64,000 nt of DNA, from the NCBI GenBank assembly GCA_031409275.1, contig JANNXA010000055.1:1-64000 (forward strand), written 5' to 3'. Below, piece by piece: positions 10,348 to 21,200 of this stretch. Source of the stretch: Planctomycetota bacterium (GTDB lineage Bacteria > Planctomycetota > B15-G4 > SIAN01). The notes beneath the pieces were generated by a model. It was not told the origin of the DNA and did no database searches. It saw only the letters and a list, made by a program, of their open reading frames with translations. The first letter of the stretch is position 1. Each line of letters begins with the position of its first letter. Both the position numbers and the translations under genes were made by a program.

Positions 10348-10599
10348 ATGGGAACGGCATCGATCCCCTACGACGACAGCTTCCTGCTGCGCTCAGGGAA
10401 GAACCCCGACGAACTCGAGCGCGAGTTCCGCTTCCTGCTCGCGGTGAAGCTCTTCGAGACTGGCCGAGTGACGCTTGGCCAAGGGGCCGAGATGGCGGGC
10501 ATGGCGAAGCTGCGCTTCATGGCCGCGCTCGGTGACCTGCACGTCCCGGTGATCAACCTCGACCCGGACCAGATCGCGGACGAACTGCGCGGGATTTAG
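10348..10599 (+). CDS. UPF0175 family protein (putative antitoxin; usual DUF3368 partner absent)
   Basis: LAVKLFETGRVTLGQGAEMAGM. Confidence 0.8.
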   Translation: MGTASIPYDDSFLLRSGKNPDELEREFRFLLAVKLFETGRVTLGQGAEMAGMAKLRFMAALGDLHVPVINLDPDQIADELRGI

Positions 10600-10690
10600 A
10601 CGCACTGTCGTCACGAACAGCACGCGGCTGGACTTCCCCGATGCACGGTCTAGCTTCGGCCCAGAACCCGGAACTCCGCCGAGGTACGCC

Positions 10691-10963
10691 ATGAGCCCGC
10701 TCCGCGTCTCCGAGGACCTCGTTCCGCTCACCACGTTCAAGGCGAAGGCATCCGAACTCATCCGCCAGCTTCGCGCCGCGAACCGGCCCCTGGTCATCAC
10801 GCGCAACGGCCGAGCAGCCGCCGTGCTTCTGAGCCTCGCAGAGTTCAATCGGCTTGCCGACCAAGCGAACTTCCTGGAGGCCGTGCGCGAGGGATCGGCT
10901 GACTCCACGGCCGGGCGGGTGATCACCGACACCGAACTCGACCGGCAGTCGCCGCGTCGATGA
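10691..10963 (+). CDS. Phd/YefM antitoxin, paralogue of 7632-7910
   Basis: MSPLRVSEDLVPLTTFKAKASE; its upstream ~65 bp is also homologous to 7565-7631. Confidence 0.85.
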   Translation: MSPLRVSEDLVPLTTFKAKASELIRQLRAANRPLVITRNGRAAAVLLSLAEFNRLADQANFLEAVREGSADSTAGRVITDTELDRQSPRR

Positions 10964-11030
10964 ATCGGGCGCGCCTCGCCGTGGAAGACGCGATCGACGT
11001 GCTCTGAGCGTTCGAGGCGCACCGACTCCC
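10960..11030 (+). pseudogene. Internally deleted RelE/ParE toxin remnant
   Basis: Reads MNRARLAVEDAIDVL*AFEAHR, matching the DAIHVLCVFEGHR C-terminus of 7907-8209. Confidence 0.6.
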
Positions 11031-11106
11031 GCCCCATCCTCCGCGTTGAGCGCGTCGCCCCTGACGAGGCCGGTGCGCACGACGACGCGCTACGCTCCCG
11101 CGCCCC

Positions 11107-12174
11107 ATGCCGCCCCTCCTCCACGTCCTGACCGTGCTCTTCGCCGGCTGGCTCAATCGCCACCAGCAGCGCGTCCTCGACTACCTGCGCGAGGAGAACC
11201 GCATCCTCAAGGCGCAGCTCGGCCGCAGGAAGCTCCGGCTCTCCGACGCTGACCGCGCACGGCTTGCAGTGCGCGGCGTCGCGCTGGGCCGCAAGGTCCT
11301 CGACGAGTTCGCCTCGATCGTCACGCCGGAGACGATCCTGCGTTGGCACAAGGCGCTCGTCGCGCAGAAGTGGACCTTCCCGAGCCGGCAGCCGGATCGA
11401 AAGCTGGTGATGCAGCGGATCGCCGAGCTGGTCGTCCGCATGGCGCGCGAGAACCTGACCTGGGGCTACGACCGCATCCAGGGCGCGCTCAAGAACCTCG
11501 GCCATGTCGTTGCACCGAACACCATCAAGAGGATCCTGAAGAAGCACGGGATCGACCCCGCGCCGGAACGGGCGAAGCGAACGACCTGGCGGCAGTTCCT
11601 GCGAACGCACGCCGAATCGATCACGGCCGGCGACTTCTTCTCGACCGAGGTCTGGACGCCGCGTGGGCTGGTGACCTACTACACCTTCTTCGTCATCGAC
11701 CTCGCCACGCGCGCCGTGACCATCGTCGGCAGCACGCCGAACCCCGACGACGACTTCATGAAACAGATCGCAAGGAACCTGACCGACTGCGTCGATGGCT
11801 TCCTGCGGAAGAAGTGGTTCCTGATCCTCGACCGCGACGGGAAGTTCAGCGACGCCTTCCGCGGTGTCCTCGAAGACCACGGCATCCGGATCATCCTCTG
11901 TCCCGCACGCGCGCCGAACTGCAACGCGTTCGCTGAGCGGTTCGTGCGGTCGATCGAGAGCGAGTGCTTGAGCCACATGATCTTCATCGGGCCGGGTTCG
12001 TTGCGGCACGCGCTCACGGAGTACGTCGCGCACTACAACGCCGAGCGGAATCACCAAGGTATTGGCAACGTGCTCATCGAGCCGAGGTCTCACGACGGCG
12101 CCGTGAGCGGGAGCGTCGCACGCGACTCTCGACTCGGCGGGCTGTTGTCCTACTACCACCGCCGCGCGGCGTAG
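11107..12174 (+). CDS. Integrase core (rve) domain DDE transposase
   Basis: WGYDRIQGAL, DFF, ILDRDGKF, PNCNAFAERFVRSIESECL. Confidence 0.9.
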   Translation: MPPLLHVLTVLFAGWLNRHQQRVLDYLREENRILKAQLGRRKLRLSDADRARLAVRGVALGRKVLDEFASIVTPETILRWHKALVAQKWTFPSRQPDRKLVMQRIAELVVRMARENLTWGYDRIQGALKNLGHVVAPNTIKRILKKHGIDPAPERAKRTTWRQFLRTHAESITAGDFFSTEVWTPRGLVTYYTFFVIDLATRAVTIVGSTPNPDDDFMKQIARNLTDCVDGFLRKKWFLILDRDGKFSDAFRGVLEDHGIRIILCPARAPNCNAFAERFVRSIESECLSHMIFIGPGSLRHALTEYVAHYNAERNHQGIGNVLIEPRSHDGAVSGSVARDSRLGGLLSYYHRRAA

Positions 12175-12345
12175 CTTTCGCGACGCCCATGGCATCCACG
12201 TCATCGTCGCGACTCGATCGCGGCGAAAGGTCCCGCCGTCTGGACGTCGGCAGATCTCAGAAGGCACGATTCCGCCAACCGGCTTAATCGATCGCGCTCT
12301 GGCGCGCGATTCGGACACGGCTGTTCGCCTGCACCATAAGCCAGC

Positions 12346-12613
12346 ACGTGCGCCGAACTGCAACGCCTTCGCCGAGCGGTTCGTGCGGTCGATCAAGAGT
12401 GAGTGCCTGAGCCGAATGATCTTCATCGGACCGGGCTCGCTGAGGCACGCGCTCGCAGAATTCTGCGCCCATTACAATCGAGAAAGACCGCACCAGGGAA
12501 TCGGCAACGTGCTCATCGAGCCGAACCCCGAGCACGCCGACGCCACCGGCAAGATCGTGCGCCGGTCACGGCTCGGCGGCCTGCTCTCGCACTATCATCG
12601 CCTCGCGGCGTAG
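12346..12613 (+). pseudogene. C-terminal fragment of the same rve transposase
   Basis: APNCNAFAERFVRSIKSECL...HYHRLAA, starting directly after a right TIR at 12330-12340. Confidence 0.8.
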
Positions 12614-12891
12614 CTCTCGCGACGTCGTCGACCCACGCGTCACCGTCGCGACTCGATCGTGGCGAGTGCCCTGTCGTACGAGCCTCGGCCAGGTTCTACG
12701 CTCACGAATCAGCCAGCCGATGCGCTCAAGGGCAATCGAGCGCCAGATTCAGTCACGTTCGTTCGCGTGCACCAGACGGGGTTGCCCCACCGAGCCACTC
12801 AGGTAGCTGCCATGCCGAAACCGACGATTGCATGGGCGGAACTTTCATCCGCTGATCCTCCACAACATCGTGACGCACTGCACCATAAGGG

Positions 12892-13167
12892 TCACCTCTC
12901 GGCAATCGCTAGTAACACGGCAGCGAGCGTCCGCAGCATGAGCGGCTCCGGCGGCAGATTCCCACACTGAATTTCAGCCAAGTCATCAACATCAGAACAT
13001 AATTGACCGCACTCTAAGCTCGCCGGCCGCGCCTGCATGTTGTACCGATCGTCGCGTGGAACTATCCAATAGTAATCCACATTCAACTCAATGCTCCCAC
13101 CACGCTTCTCCAAGCAGTCGAAGAACATTCCAGCAACCTTTCGAAGGTGACCCACCTCGAGCTTCAT
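12892..13167 (-). CDS. Small hypothetical protein, possibly immunity-like
   Basis: Lower GC, GGGGGGG RBS-like run before ATG, DYYW-I...GQL motif. Confidence 0.6.
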   Translation of the reverse strand: MKLEVGHLRKVAGMFFDCLEKRGGSIELNVDYYWIVPRDDRYNMQARPASLECGQLCSDVDDLAEIQCGNLPPEPLMLRTLAAVLLAIAER

Positions 13168-13499
13168 GTCGCCCCCCCCCCTATCTACCACTTGTCCAAC
13201 CCCACGAGCTGCCGAGCGATTCCATTAATTTGTCGGCAAAGTCCAGTGATACGTCCATTAATTATGTCATCGTAGTACTTCGACGCGGCGTTCGCCAGCT
13301 TCCCTTGATTGTCATTGTCTGGCCTAAACGGATCCTCGCAATATCGAAGCAACTTGTCGATGTGTCTCACGAACACATCGTATTGAGCGCTGGTCCCGTG
13401 CTCCGCCGCGCAACAGCCTGAACTCTGCGTTCGAATGTTCGACGCGGTCAGGATGCAAGGGCTGGCACACGCCCCATCTTCCCTCCACCCCCCAATCTG

Positions 13500-14783
13500 A
13501 TGGAGTCTGGCGGTATGGAGCCCAAACGCCACCTCAGGATCTACGACCATCGGCTCGTCCAGCTCGTTCAGGATGCGGGGGACCCGACCATTGCGGTCCG
13601 GCTCGGCGTACCCCGGTCCACGGCGGCGGGATGGATTCGTCGAGCGCCCCGCTCGGTCACCGCGACCGCGGACGGAGACGCCTCCCTCGCGGAGTTGCGC
13701 CGTCGCGTCGCGCGACTCGAGAAGCGCAACCAGCGCCTGACCGCCGTCCTGCGGGTGCTCTTCGTCCTGCTGCGCACACTCGCACCGGACCTCTCCCGCC
13801 TCCGCGTCCCGGCGTTCGGCAAGGCACGGCTGCTGCGGGCCATCGAGCGCACCCGATCGGTCCTTGGCGTGCAGCGGGTCCTCGCGCTCCTCGGCCTGTC
13901 CGCCGCCCGGCTCCACGCCTGGAGAAACGCGGCGATGGTCTGCCAACTCGCGGACCAATCCTCCTGCCCGAACTCCTCGTCGCAGCAGTTGACGCCGACC
14001 GAGGTGGCGACGATTGGCGCGCTGGTGACTTCGGCGGACTACCGCCACATCCCGACCAGCCGACTTGCCGTGCTCGCGCAACGGATGGGTGCCGTGTTCG
14101 CGTCTCCGACGACCTGGTTGCGGCTCGTCGCGCAGCGCGGATGGCGTCGACCTCGCCTTCGCGTTCACCCCGCGCAACCTCGCGTCGGCATACGTGCCAC
14201 GCGGTCGAATGAAATCTGGCATATCGATACGACTTTGATCCGCCTCCTCGACCACAGCCGCGTCTACCTGCACGCCGTCATCGACAACTTCTCGCGCCGC
14301 ATCCTCGCGTGGCGACTGCTCGACCGCTTCGACCCGGCCAGCACGGTCGCGGTCCTCATCGAGGCCGGCCAAGAGGTCCATGGCTCCGACCTGATCCCGA
14401 CCGTGCTCGCCGACGCTGGAGTGGAGAACAAGAACGGCTCCGTCGATGCGCTCATCGCGTCCGGGCTTCTGAAGCGAGTCCTGGCCCAGACCGAGATCCG
14501 CTTCTCGAACTCCATGATCGAAGCGTGGTGGCGCTGTCTGAAGCATCAGTGGCTGTACCTGCACCACCTCGACTCGATGGCCAAGGTCCGCTCGCTCGTC
14601 GCGTTCTACGTCGCCGAACACAACTCGCGCCTCCCCCACTCGGCGTTTCGCGGCCAGACGCCCGACGAGATGTACTTCGGGACGGGTGCCGCCGTCCCTG
14701 ACGAACTTGACGAATCTCGACGAGCTGCCCGCGCAGCGCGCGTCGCCGCCAACCGCGCACGGCGATGCGCCGTCTGCGCCTGA
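13500..14783 (+). CDS. DDE transposase (rve/integrase core; IS3/IS481-like)
   Basis: N-terminal HTH, NEIWHIDTT, AVIDNFSR, ADAGVEN, NSMIEAWW, HNSRLPHSAFRGQTPDE. Confidence 0.85.
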   Translation: MESGGMEPKRHLRIYDHRLVQLVQDAGDPTIAVRLGVPRSTAAGWIRRAPRSVTATADGDASLAELRRRVARLEKRNQRLTAVLRVLFVLLRTLAPDLSRLRVPAFGKARLLRAIERTRSVLGVQRVLALLGLSAARLHAWRNAAMVCQLADQSSCPNSSSQQLTPTEVATIGALVTSADYRHIPTSRLAVLAQRMGAVFASPTTWLRLVAQRGWRRPRLRVHPAQPRVGIRATRSNEIWHIDTTLIRLLDHSRVYLHAVIDNFSRRILAWRLLDRFDPASTVAVLIEAGQEVHGSDLIPTVLADAGVENKNGSVDALIASGLLKRVLAQTEIRFSNSMIEAWWRCLKHQWLYLHHLDSMAKVRSLVAFYVAEHNSRLPHSAFRGQTPDEMYFGTGAAVPDELDESRRAARAARVAANRARRCAVCA

Positions 14784-15111
14784 CCCGAGGAGAGCAAACA
14801 GCACCGAACATCCTGAGCGGCGGCAAAAGCCAGCCAGCCGTGGCCCACTAGAAACAACATGCACTTGATGCGAGTACACGCCCCGTGACCAGCGCCCCAA
14901 CCGATCGCATCGCCACCCGTCGACGGCCGCTTCGCCACCACGCCCAGGTTGTCGAGATCTCGACGGAAAAGAACAGAATGTCGTGGTGAGGAGCACGGCG
15001 ACGAGGCAAGGCGGGGTTCACGTGACGCTTACCGCCAAGCGCGTCAATCTGCGACACCTCGGCACGGGATTCAGCCACGGCCGTTTGGTTGCACCATAAG
15101 CCATAAGAGAA

Positions 15112-16542
15112 TCATCGCTGCCGAGGTCGTTCAGCCCGGCTAGTCATGACTCGGACTTCGCAGCTTCCGGTACCGTCAACACGACCGTACGTCGGTGGCT
15201 CACCGCAGGGGTGAAATGAGAGCACTATGTCGTCAAACCAATGAGGCTTGGTAGCTGAATCGTCCGTCGAACCCGAACTGTCGCCCGTCTCGTGAATTGC
15301 CTCGAGCGACCGATCTAGCAATCGGCTGGTGTGCGCCGCCAGAATCAACGCCCCCGCTTCGCCGACAGCTACATAGACCGTGCCACAGGCCTCCTTGCCT
15401 TCGAGCATGCAGATTTCGAACTGCGGTGAGCCAGAGAATCCGGCGTCGTCCCATGCCGGCTGCACCAACTCGTCAAGGTCAATCTCTGCGATGCCCACCT
15501 CACCGGCACAGTTGATCTCAAGCGCGCGCCGCATGCTGCTCGACTTCCAGTCGAGTAGCCATTGCTGCGACGAGACGACCGCTTCGGCAGCCCGATGTAG
15601 CGTGACAAGCGACGACCAGTTGAAAGCTGGTCGCCCTTCCCGCAGGCGATTATACCAACGCACACGCGCGACGTTTCGCTGCGTCTTCGCCGTGAGTAGA
15701 AAGAGTATCGACTCCGGATGCACATCTACGTTACCCGTGGTAACGCTCTCAACATCGAACTGCGCGGCAATGTCGCTCCAACCTGCCATTGTTTGATACT
15801 CATTCTCGACCTGCTGAGAATTGAGCTCGCTCCTCAGATAGCCATACCAAAAGCCACTCGACCAGAATCGATCACCCCAGCAACTGGCACCATCAAGCAA
15901 CTTGTAGCAAACTGCGTCCGGGTCAGCGAATCCGCGCAGGGCTCGAGGAACGACAAGGTCGTCGCAACTGAAGGGCGGAGCGCCATCGATCGTAAGGCGC
16001 CACGGCAAACGCCACGGCATCACCGAATCGCTCTCTACGATGATCATATGGCCGCCGACTCGGAACTCTGCGCGGAAGGAGTAAGTTGTCGTGCTTCGCG
16101 GTCCCTGATGCGCGTACTTCAGAATGAGCGGGGCAACGCGCTCCCACTGCAGCATCGACTCGAGCTTGCCTGACAATTCGGTCTGCCCGAGATTGAGTGC
16201 CTCGGACGCCGGCGGCAGCGCGGTTTTCAATATGTCGCCGCGATGAGCTTCGAATCCCTCTCGCGTAACTCCTAGTTCGAAAAGAAGGTCTGGCACGTCT
16301 CGCCTGGCAGTAAGCAAAGCTTGCACGCTTGTCAAGACGTTGCCACGCGGTATCGATCGTTTATTCTCCGTGAAAATATCGTTCTTCTCGACCCAATCCG
16401 TCTCAACTATGACGTTATTGTGGTATGAACCAGATACTGTCTGGACGACTTTAATCGACTCTGCGGACGACTTTGAATCTTGTGGCTGGAGCGAGCAGAG
16501 CATCCATCCGACAACAACTGCGCGAGAGATCATCGTCGCCAT
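15112..16542 (-). CDS. Hypothetical exported protein (candidate Rhs immunity)
   Basis: 476-aa lower-GC ORF with a signal-like N-terminus, same strand as and downstream of Rhs. Confidence 0.6.
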   Translation of the reverse strand: MATMISRAVVVGWMLCSLQPQDSKSSAESIKVVQTVSGSYHNNVIVETDWVEKNDIFTENKRSIPRGNVLTSVQALLTARRDVPDLLFELGVTREGFEAHRGDILKTALPPASEALNLGQTELSGKLESMLQWERVAPLILKYAHQGPRSTTTYSFRAEFRVGGHMIIVESDSVMPWRLPWRLTIDGAPPFSCDDLVVPRALRGFADPDAVCYKLLDGASCWGDRFWSSGFWYGYLRSELNSQQVENEYQTMAGWSDIAAQFDVESVTTGNVDVHPESILFLLTAKTQRNVARVRWYNRLREGRPAFNWSSLVTLHRAAEAVVSSQQWLLDWKSSSMRRALEINCAGEVGIAEIDLDELVQPAWDDAGFSGSPQFEICMLEGKEACGTVYVAVGEAGALILAAHTSRLLDRSLEAIHETGDSSGSTDDSATKPHWFDDIVLSFHPCGEPPTYGRVDGTGSCEVRVMTSRAERPRQR

Positions 16543-16782
16543 CCCTCAAGTGTTTTCTGGAGCCAGTCACCCTGCGCTCGACTCACGAAGACGCGCGCCG
16601 GGTGATACGTTATCAAGAAGGCCGCGTCTGCTCCAAGACCAGGCTCATCTGACGTTCTCGCGACAGGCCTCAGCTGACCCAAATCGTCCGAAATTTCCCA
16701 TTCTTCCCGAGGCTTCGCATCGGATTCAGCACCTCGATGGCTTCCCATTCGACGCGGAAGGCCGTCGAGGTGGAGTCAAAGC

Positions 16783-17730
16783 CTAGCAGCCCGTCTGAAG
16801 AGCCCGGTTTTCACGACGGCGTGAGGTTACGCTACCCCGAATCGCTGACTGCAAGTTCGCTCGCCGTCCAGCGAGCCTGATCGCGAGATTCACGACCGCG
16901 TGAAGCATGACGTGCGGGAGTGCCAGCAATCGGCCAACGGATTCGCTCCAGAGCGAGGCGAGCGGTCTCGGTGTCCCGAGTCCGAAGAGCTTGCGCATCA
17001 TGATCGCAAGGTTGTGCGCAGCGACCTGCATCAGGTAGCGCTTGCTGACCGACTCTTCGCCGCGCAGCCATGTGCGTCGTGCGCCGCCCGTTTCGCACAC
17101 ATGCGCGAAGATCCTCTCGACTCACTCGCTTCGGCGCCGCTGCAGGCGTGGACTGCGGCGGCCCACGACGCGGCGGCGCGTTGCGTACACGGCGCACTTC
17201 AGTTCTTTCGACTTGTTCGCCCGGCGCCGCAGATGCTTGCGCTTGCGCTCGATGATGCACGTGAGCACGCACATGACCTCGCACTCCCGCACCGTCTCGG
17301 CCGCGTGGTAGCCTTTGTCCGCGACGGCTTCCTGCGCGCGCTTTTCGCTCCCGGACAGAAGCCGGTTCGTCTCCGCACGGACCAAGGTGTCCGGCAGCGT
17401 CTGCGCATCGGATCGGTCGGCGGGATGGATCGCCGCGGCCACGATCACTTCCGAATCCAGATCGACTGCGTGCTCGGCCTTGTACGCCAGGTGCGTGCGA
17501 CTATCCTTTTTCCGCGCGATCCGGCTGTCCGGGTCGCTGAGCGACTTCCAGTCGGCGTTCAAGACCTGCGTCCCTGGGCGCTGGCGATCGATGCGCCGCA
17601 GGTCTTCTGCTGCCGTCGAATTCTTGATTCCGGCCTGCTTCGCCAGCCGCGTCAGGTAGATCGACCAGCTCGCGCCCGTGTCACGGCGCACGATCGACTT
17701 CATCGACGCGTTGGCTTCGAGCATGGTGTC
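16783..17730 (-). pseudogene. IS1182-family transposase, 3' part, frameshifted
   Basis: EANASMKSIVRRDTG, DPDSRI, THLAYKAEHAVDLD, ADKGY, AAHNL; ends in ACGGGCTGCTAG. Confidence 0.8.
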
Positions 17731-18244
17731 GCGGCGCTGCGCACGCCGGTCGACACGCTCATCAGCAACTGGGCGTACATGGTGATGGCATCGCTCGCAT
17801 GGACCTTGAAGGCGTGGCTCGCACTGCTCCTGCCGGAAGACGGCCGCTGGGCGCGCCAGCGGTCGGGGGAGAAGCAGCGGCTGCTCACGATGGAATTCAA
17901 GCGCTTCTTGAACGCCTTCATCCGTGTGCCGGCGCAGATCGTGCGCAGCGGGCGGCGCGTCCTCTACCGTCTGCTGGCGTGGAACCCGTGGCAGCCAGTC
18001 TTCCTGCGCGCCGCGAGCGTGCTCGAGCATCCGCTGCGCTGCTGAACCGGAACGACTTGGCGCCGGAGTACGGACGCTCCGGCTCGCGCGGGTCCAATGA
18101 GCCACGGAAGCAAACAACATGACCGGAAACACAACTCAGGCGATCAGCACCGGCCACGAAGGCCGGACGAGAACAACATGTCCACCGACTCTGGAATCTT
18201 CTTGTAGCAAATCACTTCGGCGGACTCGCTTGTTTGAGGACTAG
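17730..18244 (+). pseudogene. IS1380-family transposase C-terminal fragment plus IS end
   Basis: SNWAYMVMASLAWTLKAW...MEFKRFLNAFIRVPAQIVRSGR; end CGCTTGTTTGAGG followed by ACTAG. Confidence 0.75.
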
Positions 18245-21200
18245 TTGACATCCGCACCAGGACAGTTCTTCTTGACCTCGCCAGCAACCGTTTCGGCCAC
18301 CTCTTGCGCCTTCGCTTGCTCCCTATCTTTCTTCTCCTTATCTGTCCCACTCCCCTTGTCGTCTTGCCCCTTAATGTGCCGGACAGCGTGTACAAGCTCA
18401 TGCGTGATGACGCGCGACAGATCCGGCTTGTCTTTAGTGGACGTAGTTGACGACGCGACGAGTGTGGTATCAACCTGACAAACTTGCGATGTCGTCGACG
18501 CATACAACTGCCAAAAACTAAGACCATCAGCTCTGCGAGGCTCTACCCCATGGTCAAAGATGGTGTTCCCCGGTGGTTGTGCTGGGACAAAGTTATATCC
18601 GTCAAGTGTCACTGGATCGCCCATCGGAATAATGTAGACTGTCCCGAAGCTATGTCCGGCAGCCGTATTGAACCAGATCCTAAATGTCTGGCTACACAGT
18701 CTCATGATTGTAATGGCTCTCTGAATCCTCTCCTCATCCGCCTTGTTCTCGGCAAGCACGTTGACAATTGTCCCCGCCGGATCGACAGTTGTAATGGGTC
18801 GCGACTGGCAGTACTCTAGCAGCGACGCCCCATCGACATATCCCAGAGGGTCACGCTGGTTCCATACCCCGATGCGCGACGAGAACAAGCGTCGCTGAGC
18901 GCTCATCAGCGCTAGAGCGCCACGCATTTCGCGATAGCCGCCATAGCCGGTTGCGTTCCCGAATGTGCTGAGAACAGCAAGCCCCATGTCGCTCGTAGCA
19001 CCAAGCGCGCTTGCTTTGTCCGAGGCGTCCACATCGCCATCAAGGTCAATATCGCCGCGAACGTCGTATGCGGACGTATCGATCAATCCCTGAATCACCG
19101 CGTTAGCATCCGTCGAATCACAATCTCCATCCGAGTCCGCATCTCCCTTCGGCATCCCAAACGGCACCCCGTGCGCCGAGTACTTCACCCACTCCGTCAT
19201 CTTGCCCGTGTCGTCCACGAGCCCCGTGACATCGCCGCGCCAGTTCTGCGCGTAGTAGTTCACCTGCTCAAGAGTGCCGTCAGACGCCGTCGTCCACGCC
19301 GTGTTCGCATCCTTGTACCGCGTCACCACCCCGTTGATGTACGAACTCCCGCCATTCCCGTCGTCCCCCGCCTGCTGCAACCAGAAGATCTCCTTCGGCG
19401 TCGTGTCGCTCTCCCGGAACGTCCCCACCCCCCGCCACCGCTCGTCGTACGCCGTGTAGTACCACTTGTCGTTCGCGTCGACGTCGCCATCCGTGTCGGT
19501 GTCGTAGTGCTCCCCGATCAGATGCCCGAGCCCGTTGTACGTCAGCTCCTCGACCAGTGCCTGCGTTGTCGTGTTCTTGATCTTGCGCAGCCGATAGAAG
19601 GCGTCGTACACGTACTCGTAGCTCTGCGCGTCGTCGGTCAAGTTGCCGGCGGGATCGTAGGTCAGGGTGTAGTTGTTGCCGGTGGTACCCGTCGTGCTGT
19701 CGAGGTCCTGCGTTCCAAGCTCGTTCACCGCGTTGTGCGTCCGCGTGTCATCGTGCTCGTCGGTGTCGCCCCAGTCGCCGTCACCGTTCAGGTCGAGCTT
19801 CTCGCGGCCCCAGTTCCCGGTGTGCGTGAGCGTCCACTCCTGCTCGCGAGTCTCAGTTCCAATACTTCCGCCGGAGAGGGTGCCCTCCTGCGCGCCCACC
19901 ACGCGATCGAGATCGTCCATCGTGTACTTGACGTCAAAGCCCGCGTGGACGCCCTCATCCACGCTCGTCACGTTCCCCGCCTCATCCCAGGCGATCGTCG
20001 TGTTGAAGAAGTGCCGATCCGTCGCGAGGTCTTTCGTCCACTTGTTCGTCGTCGGACGATTGAAGCGGTCGAAGTCGGCGTAGTCGCCAGGCGTGTTCGT
20101 GTGCACCTGTGACATCACGCTTGCCTGCGGATAGTCCGTTCCGACCACCGATCCCGATCCAAGGTACTCGTAGGCCGCCAGGACGACGGTGTCGTCCTTC
20201 ACCTTCGTCACCCGGCTCGCGTCGTTGTCGTAGCTGCCGGTCGTGACGTACTCGTACGACGCGGTCTTGTAAGCCGCGGCAGTGCCGTGATTCATCGCCA
20301 TGCTGGTCTTGCGCACCGCGTTGCGGCCGCCAGTCGACTTGGCGTAAGCGTACGTCACGCCGTAGTCGTCGACCGATCCGCTCCCATCGACCGCACCGTT
20401 CCGGTCCTCCTCGTACTTGGAGATGAGGCCCCAGTCGTTGTAGGTGAACTTCACGTCGTTCAGCATCGTGCCCGAGCCTGGCGTCGCGTTGTCGTACTGT
20501 CGGACCCGCAGGACCTGGCCCAAGTCGGTGTACGTCGTCGTGATCCGAAGCACATCCGCGTCAAAGCCAGTTCCCGGAGTCGTCACCCGGCGATGGATCT
20601 GGCGCCCGTTGTCGTCGTAGGTGGTCTGGATCACGTTCGCCGTGTGCCCGCTTGGCTCTTGGTCCCGGTGCCAAATCTCTTGGGCTTGCGCGTTGTAGGC
20701 GTACTTGACGACATCCAAGTCATCATCGGCCGCATCCACGACGTGCCCGTCCGGGTAGCAGACCTTTTTCAAGAGGTGGCCAGTCGCGATCTTCGACGTG
20801 CCTGCGCTCGTACCCTTGATCGTTCCATAGGTGTAGAGCGTCTGCTGATCGTCCGCTCCCGTCGGGACATCTGCCGTGAGCATGGTCATCAGGCCGTCGG
20901 TGTACGCCCACTTGGTGGTGACGTTGTCATCGGTGCCCGAAGGGCCACCGCTGTTCACGGTCGCGTCGTAGTGCCGGATCTCCTTCGTCTTGCGGCCTGC
21001 GGCGTCGTACTCGTACTTCGTGACGTGGCTCGTCGCAATCGTCGGGTCCTGCACCGTCGCCAGCGTTCCGTCCTCGTTGTAGGCGTACGAGGTGCGCAGC
21101 GCGGTCGTCGATCGCGACGGCACCGAGAGCGCGCTCCGAGTGAACGTCGACCCTCCGTAGCTTCCGTACTCGACGGAGTCCGACACGCCCTGAAGGCCGT

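Noticed and set aside
10393..12426. 677-aa minus-strand ORF
   Set aside because: Antisense shadow of the rve transposase and TA genes in high-GC DNA.
13430..14996. 603-aa minus-strand ORF 13185-14996 as one gene
   Set aside because: Mostly antisense to the DDE transposase; only the last ~80 codons look independently coding.
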